From positions 1,152,001-1,216,000 of the forward strand of contig CAVSAC010000012.1 in NCBI GenBank assembly GCA_963725865.1: a DNA stretch of 64,000 nucleotides, given 5' to 3'. Shown here in pieces: positions 28,304 through 41,179 of the stretch (position 1 is the first letter of the stretch; every line of letters starts with the position of its first letter). The DNA is from Candidatus Eiseniibacteriota bacterium (lineage in GTDB: Bacteria > Eisenbacteria > RBG-16-71-46). The notes under the pieces were generated by a model. That model did no database searches, was not told where the DNA came from, and saw only the letters and a list, made by a program, of their open reading frames with translations. The position numbers and the translations under genes are program-made.

Positions 28304-29845
28304 ATGCCCCGTGAGCTCGTCCTCATCCTCGATTTCGGCTCGCAGTACACGCAGCTGATCGCGCGCCGGGTGCGCGAGCTCGGGGTGTTCTCCGAGGTGG
28401 TGCGCGGCGACACGCCGCTCGCGGAGATCCGGAGCCGCAAGCCGAGCGCGCTGATCCTCTCGGGCTCGCCGGCGTCGGGCTATCGCAGCGCCGCGCCGCT
28501 GCCGGATCCCGGGATCTACGGGCTCCGCAAGCCGCTGCTCGGCATCTGCTACGGCTTCCACGTCACCGCGCACCTGACGGGCGGCGTGCTGGCGAAGGCC
28601 GAGCGCGCGGAGTACGGCACGGCCACGTTCGTGCAGGACCGCAGGTCCCCGCTGTTCGCGGGGGTGCCCAAGCGGTTCCGCGCGTGGATGAGCCATGGCG
28701 ACGAGGTGCAGGCGATGGGCGAGGGTTGGCAGCGGATCGCCCACACCTCCAATTGCGCGTTCGCGGCGGCGCAGCACGCGACGCAGCCGTTCTTCCTGAT
28801 CCAGTTCCATCCGGAGGTCGTGCACTCGCCGTATGGCCGCCAGGTGCTGCACAACTTCCTGTTCCGCATCGCGCGCCTGAAGGGCGGCTGGAGCATGAAG
28901 GGATTCATCCGGCAGTCGATCGCCGACCTGCGCGCGCAGGTCGGACCCGCGGGCCGCGTGCTGCTCGGGCTCTCGGGTGGCGTCGACTCGACCGTGGCGG
29001 CCACGTTGCTCCATCGCGCCATCGGGCCGCGGCTCAAGTGCGTGCTCGTGAACCACGGCCTGCTGCGCGAGGGCGAGGCCGAGGAAGTCGCGCTCGAGCT
29101 GGGGGGCAAGCGCCGCCTCGACCTGACGGTGGTCGATGCGCAGCGGCGATTCCTCGACCGGCTCGCGGGCGTCACCGAGCCGGAGCAGAAGCGCAAGCTC
29201 ATTGGCGCCGAATTCATCTCGGTGTTCGAGGAGGAGGCGAGGAAGCACGGACCGGTCGAGTTCCTCGGCCAGGGCACCCTCTACCCGGACGTGATCGAGA
29301 GCGCCTCCGCGGGCTGGGGTGCGCAGGTGATCAAGTCGCACCACAACGTCGGCGGGCTGCCCGAGCAGATGCACCTCAAGCTGGTGGAGCCGCTGCGCTG
29401 GCTGTTCAAGGACGAGGTGCGGGCACTCGGCCGCGAGCTGGGACTGCCGCCCCATCTGGTCGACCGCCATCCGTTCCCGGGCCCCGGGCTCGCGGTGCGC
29501 ACGCTGGGAGCGGTGAACGAGCCCGACCTCGCGCTGCTGCGCCGTGCCGACGCCATCTTCATCGAGGAGCTGCGGCGCGCGAAGTGGTACGGGCGCACCT
29601 GGCAGGCGTTCGCGGTGCTGCTGCCGGTGCAGACGGTGGGCGTGAAGGGGGACGAGCGCTCGTACGAGAAGGTGATCGCGCTGCGCGCGGTGGATTCCAG
29701 CGACGGCATGACCGCCGACTGGACGCGCCTGCCCGCGTCGCTGCTGGAGCGCGCCGCGAGCCGCATCGCGAACGAGGTGCGGGGCGTGAACCGCGTGGTC
29801 TACGACGTGACCAGCAAGCCGCCGGCGACCATCGAGTGGGAGTGA
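28304..29845 (+). CDS. guaA: GMP synthase (glutamine-hydrolysing)
   Basis: ILDFGSQYTQLIARR, GICYG, WMSHGD, QFHPEV, LSGGVDS, KSHHNVGG, HPFPGPGL, SKPPATIEWE. Confidence 0.97.
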   Translation: MPRELVLILDFGSQYTQLIARRVRELGVFSEVVRGDTPLAEIRSRKPSALILSGSPASGYRSAAPLPDPGIYGLRKPLLGICYGFHVTAHLTGGVLAKAERAEYGTATFVQDRRSPLFAGVPKRFRAWMSHGDEVQAMGEGWQRIAHTSNCAFAAAQHATQPFFLIQFHPEVVHSPYGRQVLHNFLFRIARLKGGWSMKGFIRQSIADLRAQVGPAGRVLLGLSGGVDSTVAATLLHRAIGPRLKCVLVNHGLLREGEAEEVALELGGKRRLDLTVVDAQRRFLDRLAGVTEPEQKRKLIGAEFISVFEEEARKHGPVEFLGQGTLYPDVIESASAGWGAQVIKSHHNVGGLPEQMHLKLVEPLRWLFKDEVRALGRELGLPPHLVDRHPFPGPGLAVRTLGAVNEPDLALLRRADAIFIEELRRAKWYGRTWQAFAVLLPVQTVGVKGDERSYEKVIALRAVDSSDGMTADWTRLPASLLERAASRIANEVRGVNRVVYDVTSKPPATIEWE

Positions 29846-32034
29846 TACGGGCCGTCGTGCGCCGCGCGGCCACCGTGGCGACGCGGGCGATCTGGGCGCT
29901 CGCGATCTTCGGCGCCGCCAGCGCGGGTGCGCAGCCCGGACGCGCGGGCGCGGAGCCGGCGCGCCGAGTCCGCTCGACGGCGAGTGCCCCTGCGCCGCGG
30001 CCGGTCCCGGCGCCGGTCCGTGCGACCGCGCCGCGATTCGGCGTACCCGCGAGCGATCCCGGCGGTGGGGTCCGCTGGTCGGCGCCCGCCGACTCGGCGC
30101 CCGCGTGGGCCCGCGGACTGGTGTTGCCGCCGCCCGCGCGCGCGGACTCGCTCGCGCTCTGGATGCGCGCGTCGCGGCAGCCGGCGCTGCGCGACGTGGC
30201 GGCCTACCGGCTCGCCGCGCTGCGCCTCGCCGACCGCGACTCCGCCGCCGCCGACTCGTGCCTGGCGCTGGTCGACATCGGCTCGCTGTGGGCATGGCCC
30301 GCGCTGAACGCGCGGATGGGCCTGGCCCTCGCCGCGCGCGACACCGTGCGGGCCGCCGCGCTGCTCGAGCACGCGGACCCCGGTCGCTGGCAGGATCCGG
30401 AGCGGGCGGTCTGGCTCGCGGCCCGGGTGCCGCTCGAGGTCGCGCGCCGCGACACGGCGGCCGCGATCGCCTGCGCCGTGCAGGTGGTGCGCGCGTATCC
30501 GGCGGCGCCGGCGACCTTCGCGGCGCTGGCGCGCCTCGACGCGCTAGCGGCCGCGCGCGGGGACTCGCTCGCGATCGACGTCGTTCGCCAGGCCGCGGAG
30601 GTCGAAGCGGCGCACGGCGATGGGACCGCCGCCGCGCGCCGCCTGCACCACGTGCTGCCACGGCTCGCAGGGCGGGAGCCCGCGATCGTCGCGACGCGCA
30701 TCGCCGCGCTGCTGCGGCAGGGCCGCCGATTCCAGGCGGCCGAGACGGCGACGCACGAGGCGCTCGCGCTCGCCACCGACTCGCTCGCGCGCGCGGGCGC
30801 CGTGCTCGAGCGCGCCCGCGTGCTGCGCGACGCCGGCCGGCCCGACTCGGCGCTCGCGGAGTTCGAACACGCATCGCGCGTCGCGGCGGACCCGCTCACG
30901 CTCGACGCGGCGATGTGGGAGGCGGGACGATTCGCCGAGTCGCTGGGCCGCTTCGACACGGCACGCGAGTGGTACGCGCGCGGCGCGGCAGGCGGCGGGC
31001 CGCGCGCCGCGCCGGCGGCCTTCCGCACCGGACTGATGGAACTCGCCCTGGGCCGGCCCGATCTGGCCGACCGGTGGTTCGCCTCCGACACCACCGACGG
31101 CGGGCGCTTCTGGCGGGGCGTGACGCGGCGCGCGCTCGGCGACCGCGCGAGCGGCGATTCGGTGCTGCGCGTGCTCGCCGCGCTTCCCGGTTACGCGTTC
31201 CATCGGGCCGCGGCGCGCGACACGCTCGGGCTGGGCGGCTGGCCCGGTGGCGTGGCGGCCGCCGGGTGCGCGCCCGACTCGGCGTGCGCCACGCTGACCG
31301 CGGCGCGCGAGCTGGTCTCGATCGGCGCGGGCGACGAAGCCTCGATCGTGCTCGCGCGCTGGCTGGCGCACGATCCGCGTGCGCCCGGCGACGATCCGAC
31401 CGCGCGCGGCGTCGCCGCTCGGCTGGCGGCGGCGCGGATCGCCTACGCGACCGGGCGTCCCGGGCAGGCGATCGCGCTGGTCGACGCGGCCGCACGTGCG
31501 GCGGAGAGCGCCGGCACCGACTCGCTGCGCGCGGTGGCGTGGGCGACGTGGGCGTGGGCCTACCCGCCGGCCTACGAGTCCCTGTTCGTGGCGCCGGCCG
31601 ACAGCGCGGTGGCGGCGCTCGAGCCGGCGCTGCTGTTCGCGCTCGCGGACCAGGAGAGCCGCTTCGATCCGCGCGCGCGTTCGCGCAGCGACGCGCTCGG
31701 GCTCATGCAGCTCAAGCTCGCGACGGCGGCCGACGTCGCCGGCTGGGTGGGCGATCGCAGGCCCACCGAGGAGACACTGTTCGATCCGCAGCGCAGCGTC
31801 CGCTACGGCACCCGCTACCTGCGGCGCCTGCTCCAGCGCAGCGAGGGTCACGTCGCGGTGGCGTTGTCGGGGTACAACGCGGGGCCCAGCTCGCTGCCGC
31901 CGTGGTGGCGTGACGCGCTGGCGCGCGGGGGCGAGGCGCTGTTCTGCGAGCTGGTCCCGAACGGCGACTACCCGCGCAAGATCCTCGGCTTCCGCCAGGC
32001 CTATCGCGAGCTGAGGCCGACCGCCGTCCGCTGA
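29842..32034 (+). CDS. Slt70-like lytic transglycosylase with TPR-like helical N-terminal region
   Basis: GTGA overlap with guaA; signal-like N-terminus; C-terminal SLT domain QESRFDP, ALGLMQL, SGYNAGP. Confidence 0.85.
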   Translation: MIRAVVRRAATVATRAIWALAIFGAASAGAQPGRAGAEPARRVRSTASAPAPRPVPAPVRATAPRFGVPASDPGGGVRWSAPADSAPAWARGLVLPPPARADSLALWMRASRQPALRDVAAYRLAALRLADRDSAAADSCLALVDIGSLWAWPALNARMGLALAARDTVRAAALLEHADPGRWQDPERAVWLAARVPLEVARRDTAAAIACAVQVVRAYPAAPATFAALARLDALAAARGDSLAIDVVRQAAEVEAAHGDGTAAARRLHHVLPRLAGREPAIVATRIAALLRQGRRFQAAETATHEALALATDSLARAGAVLERARVLRDAGRPDSALAEFEHASRVAADPLTLDAAMWEAGRFAESLGRFDTAREWYARGAAGGGPRAAPAAFRTGLMELALGRPDLADRWFASDTTDGGRFWRGVTRRALGDRASGDSVLRVLAALPGYAFHRAAARDTLGLGGWPGGVAAAGCAPDSACATLTAARELVSIGAGDEASIVLARWLAHDPRAPGDDPTARGVAARLAAARIAYATGRPGQAIALVDAAARAAESAGTDSLRAVAWATWAWAYPPAYESLFVAPADSAVAALEPALLFALADQESRFDPRARSRSDALGLMQLKLATAADVAGWVGDRRPTEETLFDPQRSVRYGTRYLRRLLQRSEGHVAVALSGYNAGPSSLPPWWRDALARGGEALFCELVPNGDYPRKILGFRQAYRELRPTAVR

Positions 32035-32195
32035 TGCCACCGGCAGGGCGACCGGCCGCTCATGCGGTTGCAGCACAGAGGACTGCCCGCCCCACTTCGC
32101 GTGACACCTGCGCCGGGGGCGCGGCGCGCCACTCCTCTAGATAGGGGCTCGCGGGCGACCGGGGCGCGCGGGCGGATTCTGCTAGGGTGCAGCGC

Positions 32196-32852
32196 GTGAG
32201 CACGCCCGCGCCGCCGACACCCCGGCCCGATCCCTTCGCGCCGCTGCGCGAACGCACGTTCCTCGCCGAGTTGCGGCGCAAGGCGATCCACCTCGGCTTC
32301 CTCATCCTGCCGATCGAGCTGCTCTTTCACGTGCTGCCGTGGCCGCAGAGCAAGCGCGAGTTCCGCGTGCTGTTCCTGCTGCTGGTCGGGGGCGCGGTCG
32401 CGATCGACCTGCTGCGCATCCACGAGCCGCGGGTGCGCACGTTCTTCCGGAAGTTCCTTGGCGAGATCCTGCGCGAGCACGAGGAGTTCAATCTGCTCGG
32501 CTCGACCTACCTGCTGCTCGCCTCGCTGCTGGCGATCGAGATCTTCCCGCAACCGGTCGCGGCCGCCGCGGTGGGCTTCACGGTGCTGGGCGACGCGTTC
32601 GCCGCCATCGTGGGCCGCGCGTGGGGGCGGACGCGGATGTTCCACAAGTCGCTGGAGGGGCTGGCGGGCTGCCTCGGCGTCTGTCTCGTGTGGGGGGCGT
32701 TCCTGGCGCTCGGCGGCCACCTGCCGTGGCACGTCGTGGTGACCGGCGCGGTGGTCGCAAGTCTGGTGGAGTTCCTGCCGATACCTCTCGACGACAACCT
32801 CGGGATCACGCTCGCCGCGGGGTACGCCATGAAGCTGCTGCTCCAGCCATGA
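32196..32852 (+). CDS. Dolichol/phytol/diacylglycerol kinase-like membrane protein (CTP-dependent kinase family)
   Basis: ELRRKAIH, LGDAFAAIVG, KSLEG, DDNL; multiple TM helices; TGnTAGGGT -10 lies 7 nt upstream of the GTG. Confidence 0.8.
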   Translation: MSTPAPPTPRPDPFAPLRERTFLAELRRKAIHLGFLILPIELLFHVLPWPQSKREFRVLFLLLVGGAVAIDLLRIHEPRVRTFFRKFLGEILREHEEFNLLGSTYLLLASLLAIEIFPQPVAAAAVGFTVLGDAFAAIVGRAWGRTRMFHKSLEGLAGCLGVCLVWGAFLALGGHLPWHVVVTGAVVASLVEFLPIPLDDNLGITLAAGYAMKLLLQP

Positions 32853-33793
32853 CTCCACGTCCCATCGAACCACCGCCGTCGGCGTTCGCGGCGGCGCTCG
32901 CGCACGCGCGCGACGGCCGCTGCGCCGATGCCGTCCTCGAGGTGAGCGGCGGGCTCGGCGCCGACGCCGACGACGCGCAACGCGCCGACGCCGCGCGCAC
33001 GCTCGCGCAGATCGCGCGGCTGGCCGAATCGGCCGGCGAGACTCCGACGGCGCTCGCCGCGCTCGACCGGGCCGTGGAATGCTGCTCGGGATGGGCCGAC
33101 CTGCACCTGCAGCGCGCGCGCGCCTGCATCGCGCTCGACCGGCGCGCGGCCGCCCGCGAGGCGCTCGCGAGCGCGCTGCGGATCAACCCGCGGTACGTGG
33201 CCGCGCGGCTCGAATCGGCATTGCTCGACGCGCGCGAGGGGCTGATCGGTGAGGCGCTCGACGCGCTGCGCGCGCTCGCGCGCGAGACGCAAGTGCACGA
33301 GCCCCGCACCTACGAGCAGGGCCTCGAGAGCCTCGAGCGGGCCGACGGCGACGAGGCCGGCGCGCGCTTCCGTCGCGCGCTGCACCTCGCCGAGCCCGAG
33401 CTGGACGTGAGGCTCGAGCGTTTCCAGGCGCTCATGGACTCCGCTCAGGTGGCGGCGGCGGCGCAGCTCCTCCGCGAGGTGCTGCCGCGCTACGACGCGT
33501 ACCCGGACCTCCACTTTCGGCTCGGCACCGCCGAGCTGCGCGAGGGCTGGTTCGACGACGCGCTGGTGTCGCTCGCGCGCGCGCTCGAGCTCAATCCCGA
33601 TTTCCACGCCGCCCGCCTGCTGCTCGCGCGCACGCTCGACGCGATGGGCATGCGCGCGCAGGCGCTCGAGCAGGTGTCGCTGGTGCTCCAGCGCGCGCCG
33701 GACGACGCGCAGGCGCGTGCGCTCGAGGCGGAGTGGACGGTGCGCTCCCGGGCCGCGTCCGCCCGCGAGAACAGCCGACGCAAAGGGGCTTGA
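32849..33793 (+). CDS. Tetratricopeptide-repeat protein
   Basis: ATGA overlap; TPR-like units ALRINPRYVAA, YPDLHFRLG, ALELNPDFHAA. Confidence 0.8.
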   Translation: MTPRPIEPPPSAFAAALAHARDGRCADAVLEVSGGLGADADDAQRADAARTLAQIARLAESAGETPTALAALDRAVECCSGWADLHLQRARACIALDRRAAAREALASALRINPRYVAARLESALLDAREGLIGEALDALRALARETQVHEPRTYEQGLESLERADGDEAGARFRRALHLAEPELDVRLERFQALMDSAQVAAAAQLLREVLPRYDAYPDLHFRLGTAELREGWFDDALVSLARALELNPDFHAARLLLARTLDAMGMRAQALEQVSLVLQRAPDDAQARALEAEWTVRSRAASARENSRRKGA

Positions 33794-33872
33794 CCGCGCC
33801 GCGATCCGCGCGCACCCTGAGGGTGCTTCGGGCGGTTGACCCGTTTCGTCGGCCTGATAGGGAGGAGTCCCC

Positions 33873-34076
33873 ATGGCCCGTGGCATCGTGAAGTGGTTCA
33901 ACGACCAGCGTGGCTACGGTTTCATCAGCGCGGAAGGTGCGAGCGAGGTGTTCGTCCATCACTCCGCGATCGAGGGGCGAGGGTTCCGCACGTTGCACGA
34001 AGGCGAGCAGGTGGAATTCGAGCTCCGCAGCAGTGACAAGGGCGCGGAGGCCGCGCACGTCACGAAGATCCTCTAA
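33873..34076 (+). CDS. Cold-shock protein (CspA family)
   Basis: [15 protein letters not shown] (RNP1), VFVHHSAI (RNP2); SD GGAGGAG. Confidence 0.95.
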   Translation: MARGIVKWFNDQRGYGFISAEGASEVFVHHSAIEGRGFRTLHEGEQVEFELRSSDKGAEAAHVTKIL

Positions 34077-34243
34077 AGTTCCCACGCCCGAAGCGCGCAA
34101 GGCCCGGTGCCCCGCATCGGGCCGATGCGTTTGGGACCGGCCGGCCGACCGCCGCATCGGAAGGCGGTGCGCAGGGCCCCTCGGAACGCCCTGCCGACCC
34201 CCGGGTGGGCCCCCCGCTTGACACTCCTTCTATCCTGACACCC

Positions 34244-37269
<3,026 letters not shown>

Positions 37270-37273
<4 letters not shown>

Positions 37274-37755
37274 GCGACGACCGCTCCGGCGATCCGGTGC
37301 TCGGACTGTTGAGGTTGCTCGCGGAGCGCCTCGAGGCCTACCTCGAGGGCGACGAGCTCGCGTTCGAGACGCTGGCCGAGCGCATCGAAGAGGAGGGCGC
37401 GAGCGCCGACGACGTGCACGCCGCGATGCTGGTGCTCCGCAGCCTGACCGGCGAGCCGCCGGCGGGCGGCGAGGCGGACCTGGAGAGCGCGCCCGGCGAG
37501 CACGCGCAGCGCGTGCCGTCGGCCGAGGAGCGCGAGTCGATGAGCCCCGAGGCGTGGGGGTATCTGATCGATCTGCGGCGCCGCGGCTCGCTGAGTCCGG
37601 CGCAGTTCGAACAGGTGATGGAGCAGCTCACCGATTTCGCGATCCGCCCGGTCGATGTCGAGACCGCGCGCGAGGTCGCCACCCGCGTCGCGCTGCAGTG
37701 CGACGATCTCGACCACGGAGGCACGGTTCATGGCGACGGCGAAAGGGCGAACTAG
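37270..37755 (+). CDS. smg: Smg/DUF494-family protein
   Basis: ATGA overlap; [38 protein letters not shown] resembles DUF494; usual position upstream of topA. Confidence 0.7.
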
Positions 37756-40300
37756 GGCGACGCGTTCGCCCGCCGGCGAGCCGCCCAGCGCGGGCGTCGC
37801 GCCGGTGAAGGCCGCCCTCCGCACCACCGCGAAGCCGCGCGCCACGAAGCAGAAGCCTGCCCAGAAGACCGCCCCGGCCGCGCCGCGCAAGGCGACGAGC
37901 GCCCCGGCCGCGCGCGCCAAGCGACCGCCCGCCGGCAAGGTGCCCGCCGCCAAGCGACCGGCCGCCGCCAAGGCTCCAGCCGCCGCCAAGGCTCCGGCGC
38001 GCCGCGCGGCCGCGAAGGGCGCGGGTGGCGCCGCCGCGCTCGAGTCGACCGGACGCTCGCTGGTGGTGGTGGAGTCGCCCACCAAGTCGCGCACGCTGAC
38101 CAAGTTCCTGGGCCGCGGGTTCACCGTGCTGGCCTCGAACGGCCACGTGATGGACCTGCCGAAGGCGGGGCTGGCGGTCGACATCGAGAACGGCTTCGAG
38201 CCGCAGTACGTGCCGATCGAAGGCAAGAAGAAGCAGCTCGCCAAGATCCGCGAGGTCGCGCGTGAGGTCGATCGCATCTACCTGGCGCCCGACCCCGACC
38301 GCGAGGGCGAGGCGATCGCGTGGCACCTGGCCGAGAACCTGAAGCAGCTCAACCGCCCGCTGCTGCGCCTGACGTTCAACGAGATCACGCAGCGCGCGGT
38401 GCAGCAGGCGCTGACGCAGCCGCGCGAGCTCGACATGAACCTGGTCAACGCGCAGCAGGCGCGCCGCGTGCTCGACCGCCTGGTGGGCTACAAGGTGAGT
38501 CCGTTCCTGTGGAAGAAGCTCCACTACGGGCTCTCGGCCGGGCGCGTGCAGAGCGTGGCGCTGCGTCTGATCTGCGAGCGCGAGGACGAGATCGAGGCGT
38601 TCGTTCCGGTCGAGTACTGGACCCTCGAGGTCGACTACCAGACCCCCGAGGCCCAGCGCTTCACCGCGCGGCTCACGCGCATCGGCGAGGAGGACCTCGA
38701 GCAGGGCCAGATCCGCGGGGCGGTCGCCGAGGCGACCGCGCGCGCGGTCGCCGAAGAGCTGGCGCGCAGCGAGGCGCGGGTCGCAAGCGTGCAGACCACG
38801 CCGCGGCAGGTGCATCCCAAGGCGCCGTTCATCACCAGCACGCTCCAGCAGACCGCCTTCAACCGGCTCGGGTTCACGAGCCAGCGCACGATGAAGGTGG
38901 CGCAGCAGCTCTACGAAGGCGTCACGCTCGGGCCGCAGGGCAGCGTCGGCCTCATCACCTACATGCGCACCGACTCGCAGCGCCTGGCGGGCGAGGCCAT
39001 CGGCGAGATCCGCCACTGGCTCACGGCCGGGCTCGGCGCCGAGTACGTGCCGGAGTCCCCGCGCCAGTACCGCAGCCGGAAATCGGCGCAGGACGCCCAC
39101 GAGGCGATCCGCCCGACCGCGGTCGAGCGCACGCCGCAGGCGGTGCGCCCGTATCTGACCGAGGAGCAGTACAAGCTCTACGAGCTGATCTGGGTGCGCG
39201 CGGTCGCTTCGCAGGCGGCCTCCGCCGAGTACCTGCAGACCACCGCCGAGATCACGGCGGGCCGCTGCGGCCTGCGCGCCTCGGGCCGCGTGCTGCGCTT
39301 CGCCGGCTTCCAGAAGCTCTACGGATTCGACGAGGAGGACGAAGCGGGCGAGTCGCGACTTCCCGAGCTGAGCGCCGAACTGCCGTTGGCGATCGCGAGC
39401 GAGCCGCTCGCCGAGGCGGGCGGGCCGGTGCGCCCCGAGCAGCACTTCACGCAGCCGCCGCCGCGCTACACCGAGGCGTCGCTCGTGAAGGCGCTCGAGG
39501 AGCAGGACATCGGCCGCCCGAGCACCTACGCCACCATCGTCACCACGATCACCGCCCGCAAGTACGTCGAGCGCGACAAGGGGCGCCTGCTGCCTACCGA
39601 CCTCGGACGCACGGTCACGCGCGTGCTGGTCGAGAACTTCTCGGACGTCTTCGACGTCGGATTCACCGCGGGCCTCGAGGACGAGCTGGACGACATCGAG
39701 TCCGGCAAGCAGCAATGGCAGAAGGTGGTCCGGGACCTGTGGGAGCCGCTCGAGAAGGACCTCGAGAAGGCCGGCAAGGACGGCTCGAAGGTCGAGGAGC
39801 CGACCCACATCCCGTGCCCGAAGTGCGGGCGGCTGCTGGTCAAGAAGTACGGGCGCATGGGCCCGTTCCTCGGCTGCCCGGGCTATCCGGAGTGCCGCTA
39901 CACGCGCCCGGTGAAGGACGAGGAGCTGCCGGTCCCGGTCGAAGGGACGTGCGAGAAGTGCGGGGCCGGGCTGGTGATGCGCACCGGCCGCTACGGCCGC
40001 TTCATCCACTGCTCGCGGCGACCGGACTGCGACTTCACGAAGAAGATCACCCTCGGCGTCACCTGCCCCGAGTGCGGGAAGGGCGACATCGCCGAGAACC
40101 GCTCGCGACGGGGCAAGGTGTTCTACGGCTGCACGCGCTATCCCGAGTGCCGCTTCGTGGCCTGGGACAAGCCGCGCGCCATCCCGTGTCCCAACGGGTG
40201 CGGCTCGCCGTTCATCGTCGAGAAGGAGACCAAGAAGGGGCTCACCCTGCGCTGCCCGAAGTGCAAGGGTGTGTTCGCCCCCGACGCCATCGGTGCGTGA
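37730..40300 (+). CDS. topA: DNA topoisomerase I with histone-H1-like N-terminal extension and C-terminal Zn ribbons
   Basis: VVESPTK, APDPDREGE, DRLVGY, SAGRVQS, ITYMRTD, QDAHEAIRPT, GRPSTY; several C4 zinc fingers. Confidence 0.96.
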   Translation: MATAKGRTRATRSPAGEPPSAGVAPVKAALRTTAKPRATKQKPAQKTAPAAPRKATSAPAARAKRPPAGKVPAAKRPAAAKAPAAAKAPARRAAAKGAGGAAALESTGRSLVVVESPTKSRTLTKFLGRGFTVLASNGHVMDLPKAGLAVDIENGFEPQYVPIEGKKKQLAKIREVAREVDRIYLAPDPDREGEAIAWHLAENLKQLNRPLLRLTFNEITQRAVQQALTQPRELDMNLVNAQQARRVLDRLVGYKVSPFLWKKLHYGLSAGRVQSVALRLICEREDEIEAFVPVEYWTLEVDYQTPEAQRFTARLTRIGEEDLEQGQIRGAVAEATARAVAEELARSEARVASVQTTPRQVHPKAPFITSTLQQTAFNRLGFTSQRTMKVAQQLYEGVTLGPQGSVGLITYMRTDSQRLAGEAIGEIRHWLTAGLGAEYVPESPRQYRSRKSAQDAHEAIRPTAVERTPQAVRPYLTEEQYKLYELIWVRAVASQAASAEYLQTTAEITAGRCGLRASGRVLRFAGFQKLYGFDEEDEAGESRLPELSAELPLAIASEPLAEAGGPVRPEQHFTQPPPRYTEASLVKALEEQDIGRPSTYATIVTTITARKYVERDKGRLLPTDLGRTVTRVLVENFSDVFDVGFTAGLEDELDDIESGKQQWQKVVRDLWEPLEKDLEKAGKDGSKVEEPTHIPCPKCGRLLVKKYGRMGPFLGCPGYPECRYTRPVKDEELPVPVEGTCEKCGAGLVMRTGRYGRFIHCSRRPDCDFTKKITLGVTCPECGKGDIAENRSRRGKVFYGCTRYPECRFVAWDKPRAIPCPNGCGSPFIVEKETKKGLTLRCPKCKGVFAPDAIGA

Positions 40301-41177
40301 CGCCCTCGAGCGTTTCCTGAGCGAGCTCGCGGCCCAGCGCCGCGCCTCGCCCCACACGTGCGCGGCCTACCGTCGCGACATCACCCGCGTCCTCGACCTC
40401 GCGGCGGGGATCGGCAAGCCCGTGGCGCCCGCCGAGTGGACGCGCGAGCTGCTGGAGCGCGGGCAGCGCGACCTCTACCGCACCGGCCATGCCGCCGCCA
40501 GCGCGGCGCGCGCGCTCGCCGCCTGGCGCTCGTTCTCGCGCTTCTGCGCCCGCCGCGGCGTGATCGCGCGCGATCCCGCGCGCGCGCTCGCGTTCCCGCG
40601 GCTGCCGCGCCGGCTGCCGCGCACGCTGCCCGAGATCGACCTGATCGCGGCACTCGACGCGCTCGACGGCGCCGACGCCGCCACCCGGCGCGATCGCGCG
40701 CTGCTGGAGCTGATGTACTCCTCGGGGCTGCGGCTCGCCGAGCTGGTGGGACTCAACCACGGCGATCTCGACCGCGGCGCGCGGCTGGTGCGCGTGCGCG
40801 GCAAGGGCCGGCGCGAGCGCATCGTCCCGGTGGGGCTCACCGCGCTGGCGGCGCTCGATCGCTGGCAGGCGGCGGTTCCGCCCCGCGACCCGCGCCCCGA
40901 CCGCGCGCTGTTCCCGGGCGCGCGGGGCCCGCGCCTCTCGCCGCGATCGGTGCAGCGCATCGTGCGCGCGCGGCTCGCGGCGGTGGCCGGCGGGCTGGGC
41001 GTGACGCCGCACGCGCTGCGGCACTCGTTCGCCAGCCACCTGCTCGATCACGGCGCGGACCTGCGCGCGATCCAGGAGCTGCTCGGGCATCGCTCGCTCA
41101 CGAGCACGCAGGTGTACACCCACGTCTCGCGCACGCGTCTGCGCAAGGCGTACGAGCAGGCACACCCGAGGGCGTGA
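40293..41177 (+). CDS. xerC: Tyrosine recombinase XerC
   Basis: [55 protein letters not shown]; follows topA. Confidence 0.85.
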   Translation: MRDALERFLSELAAQRRASPHTCAAYRRDITRVLDLAAGIGKPVAPAEWTRELLERGQRDLYRTGHAAASAARALAAWRSFSRFCARRGVIARDPARALAFPRLPRRLPRTLPEIDLIAALDALDGADAATRRDRALLELMYSSGLRLAELVGLNHGDLDRGARLVRVRGKGRRERIVPVGLTALAALDRWQAAVPPRDPRPDRALFPGARGPRLSPRSVQRIVRARLAAVAGGLGVTPHALRHSFASHLLDHGADLRAIQELLGHRSLTSTQVYTHVSRTRLRKAYEQAHPRA

Positions 41178-41179
41178 GC

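Noticed and set aside
34218..34236. TTGACA as the -35 for secA
   Set aside because: Only 7 bp from the TATCCT -10, incompatible with sigma70 spacing.
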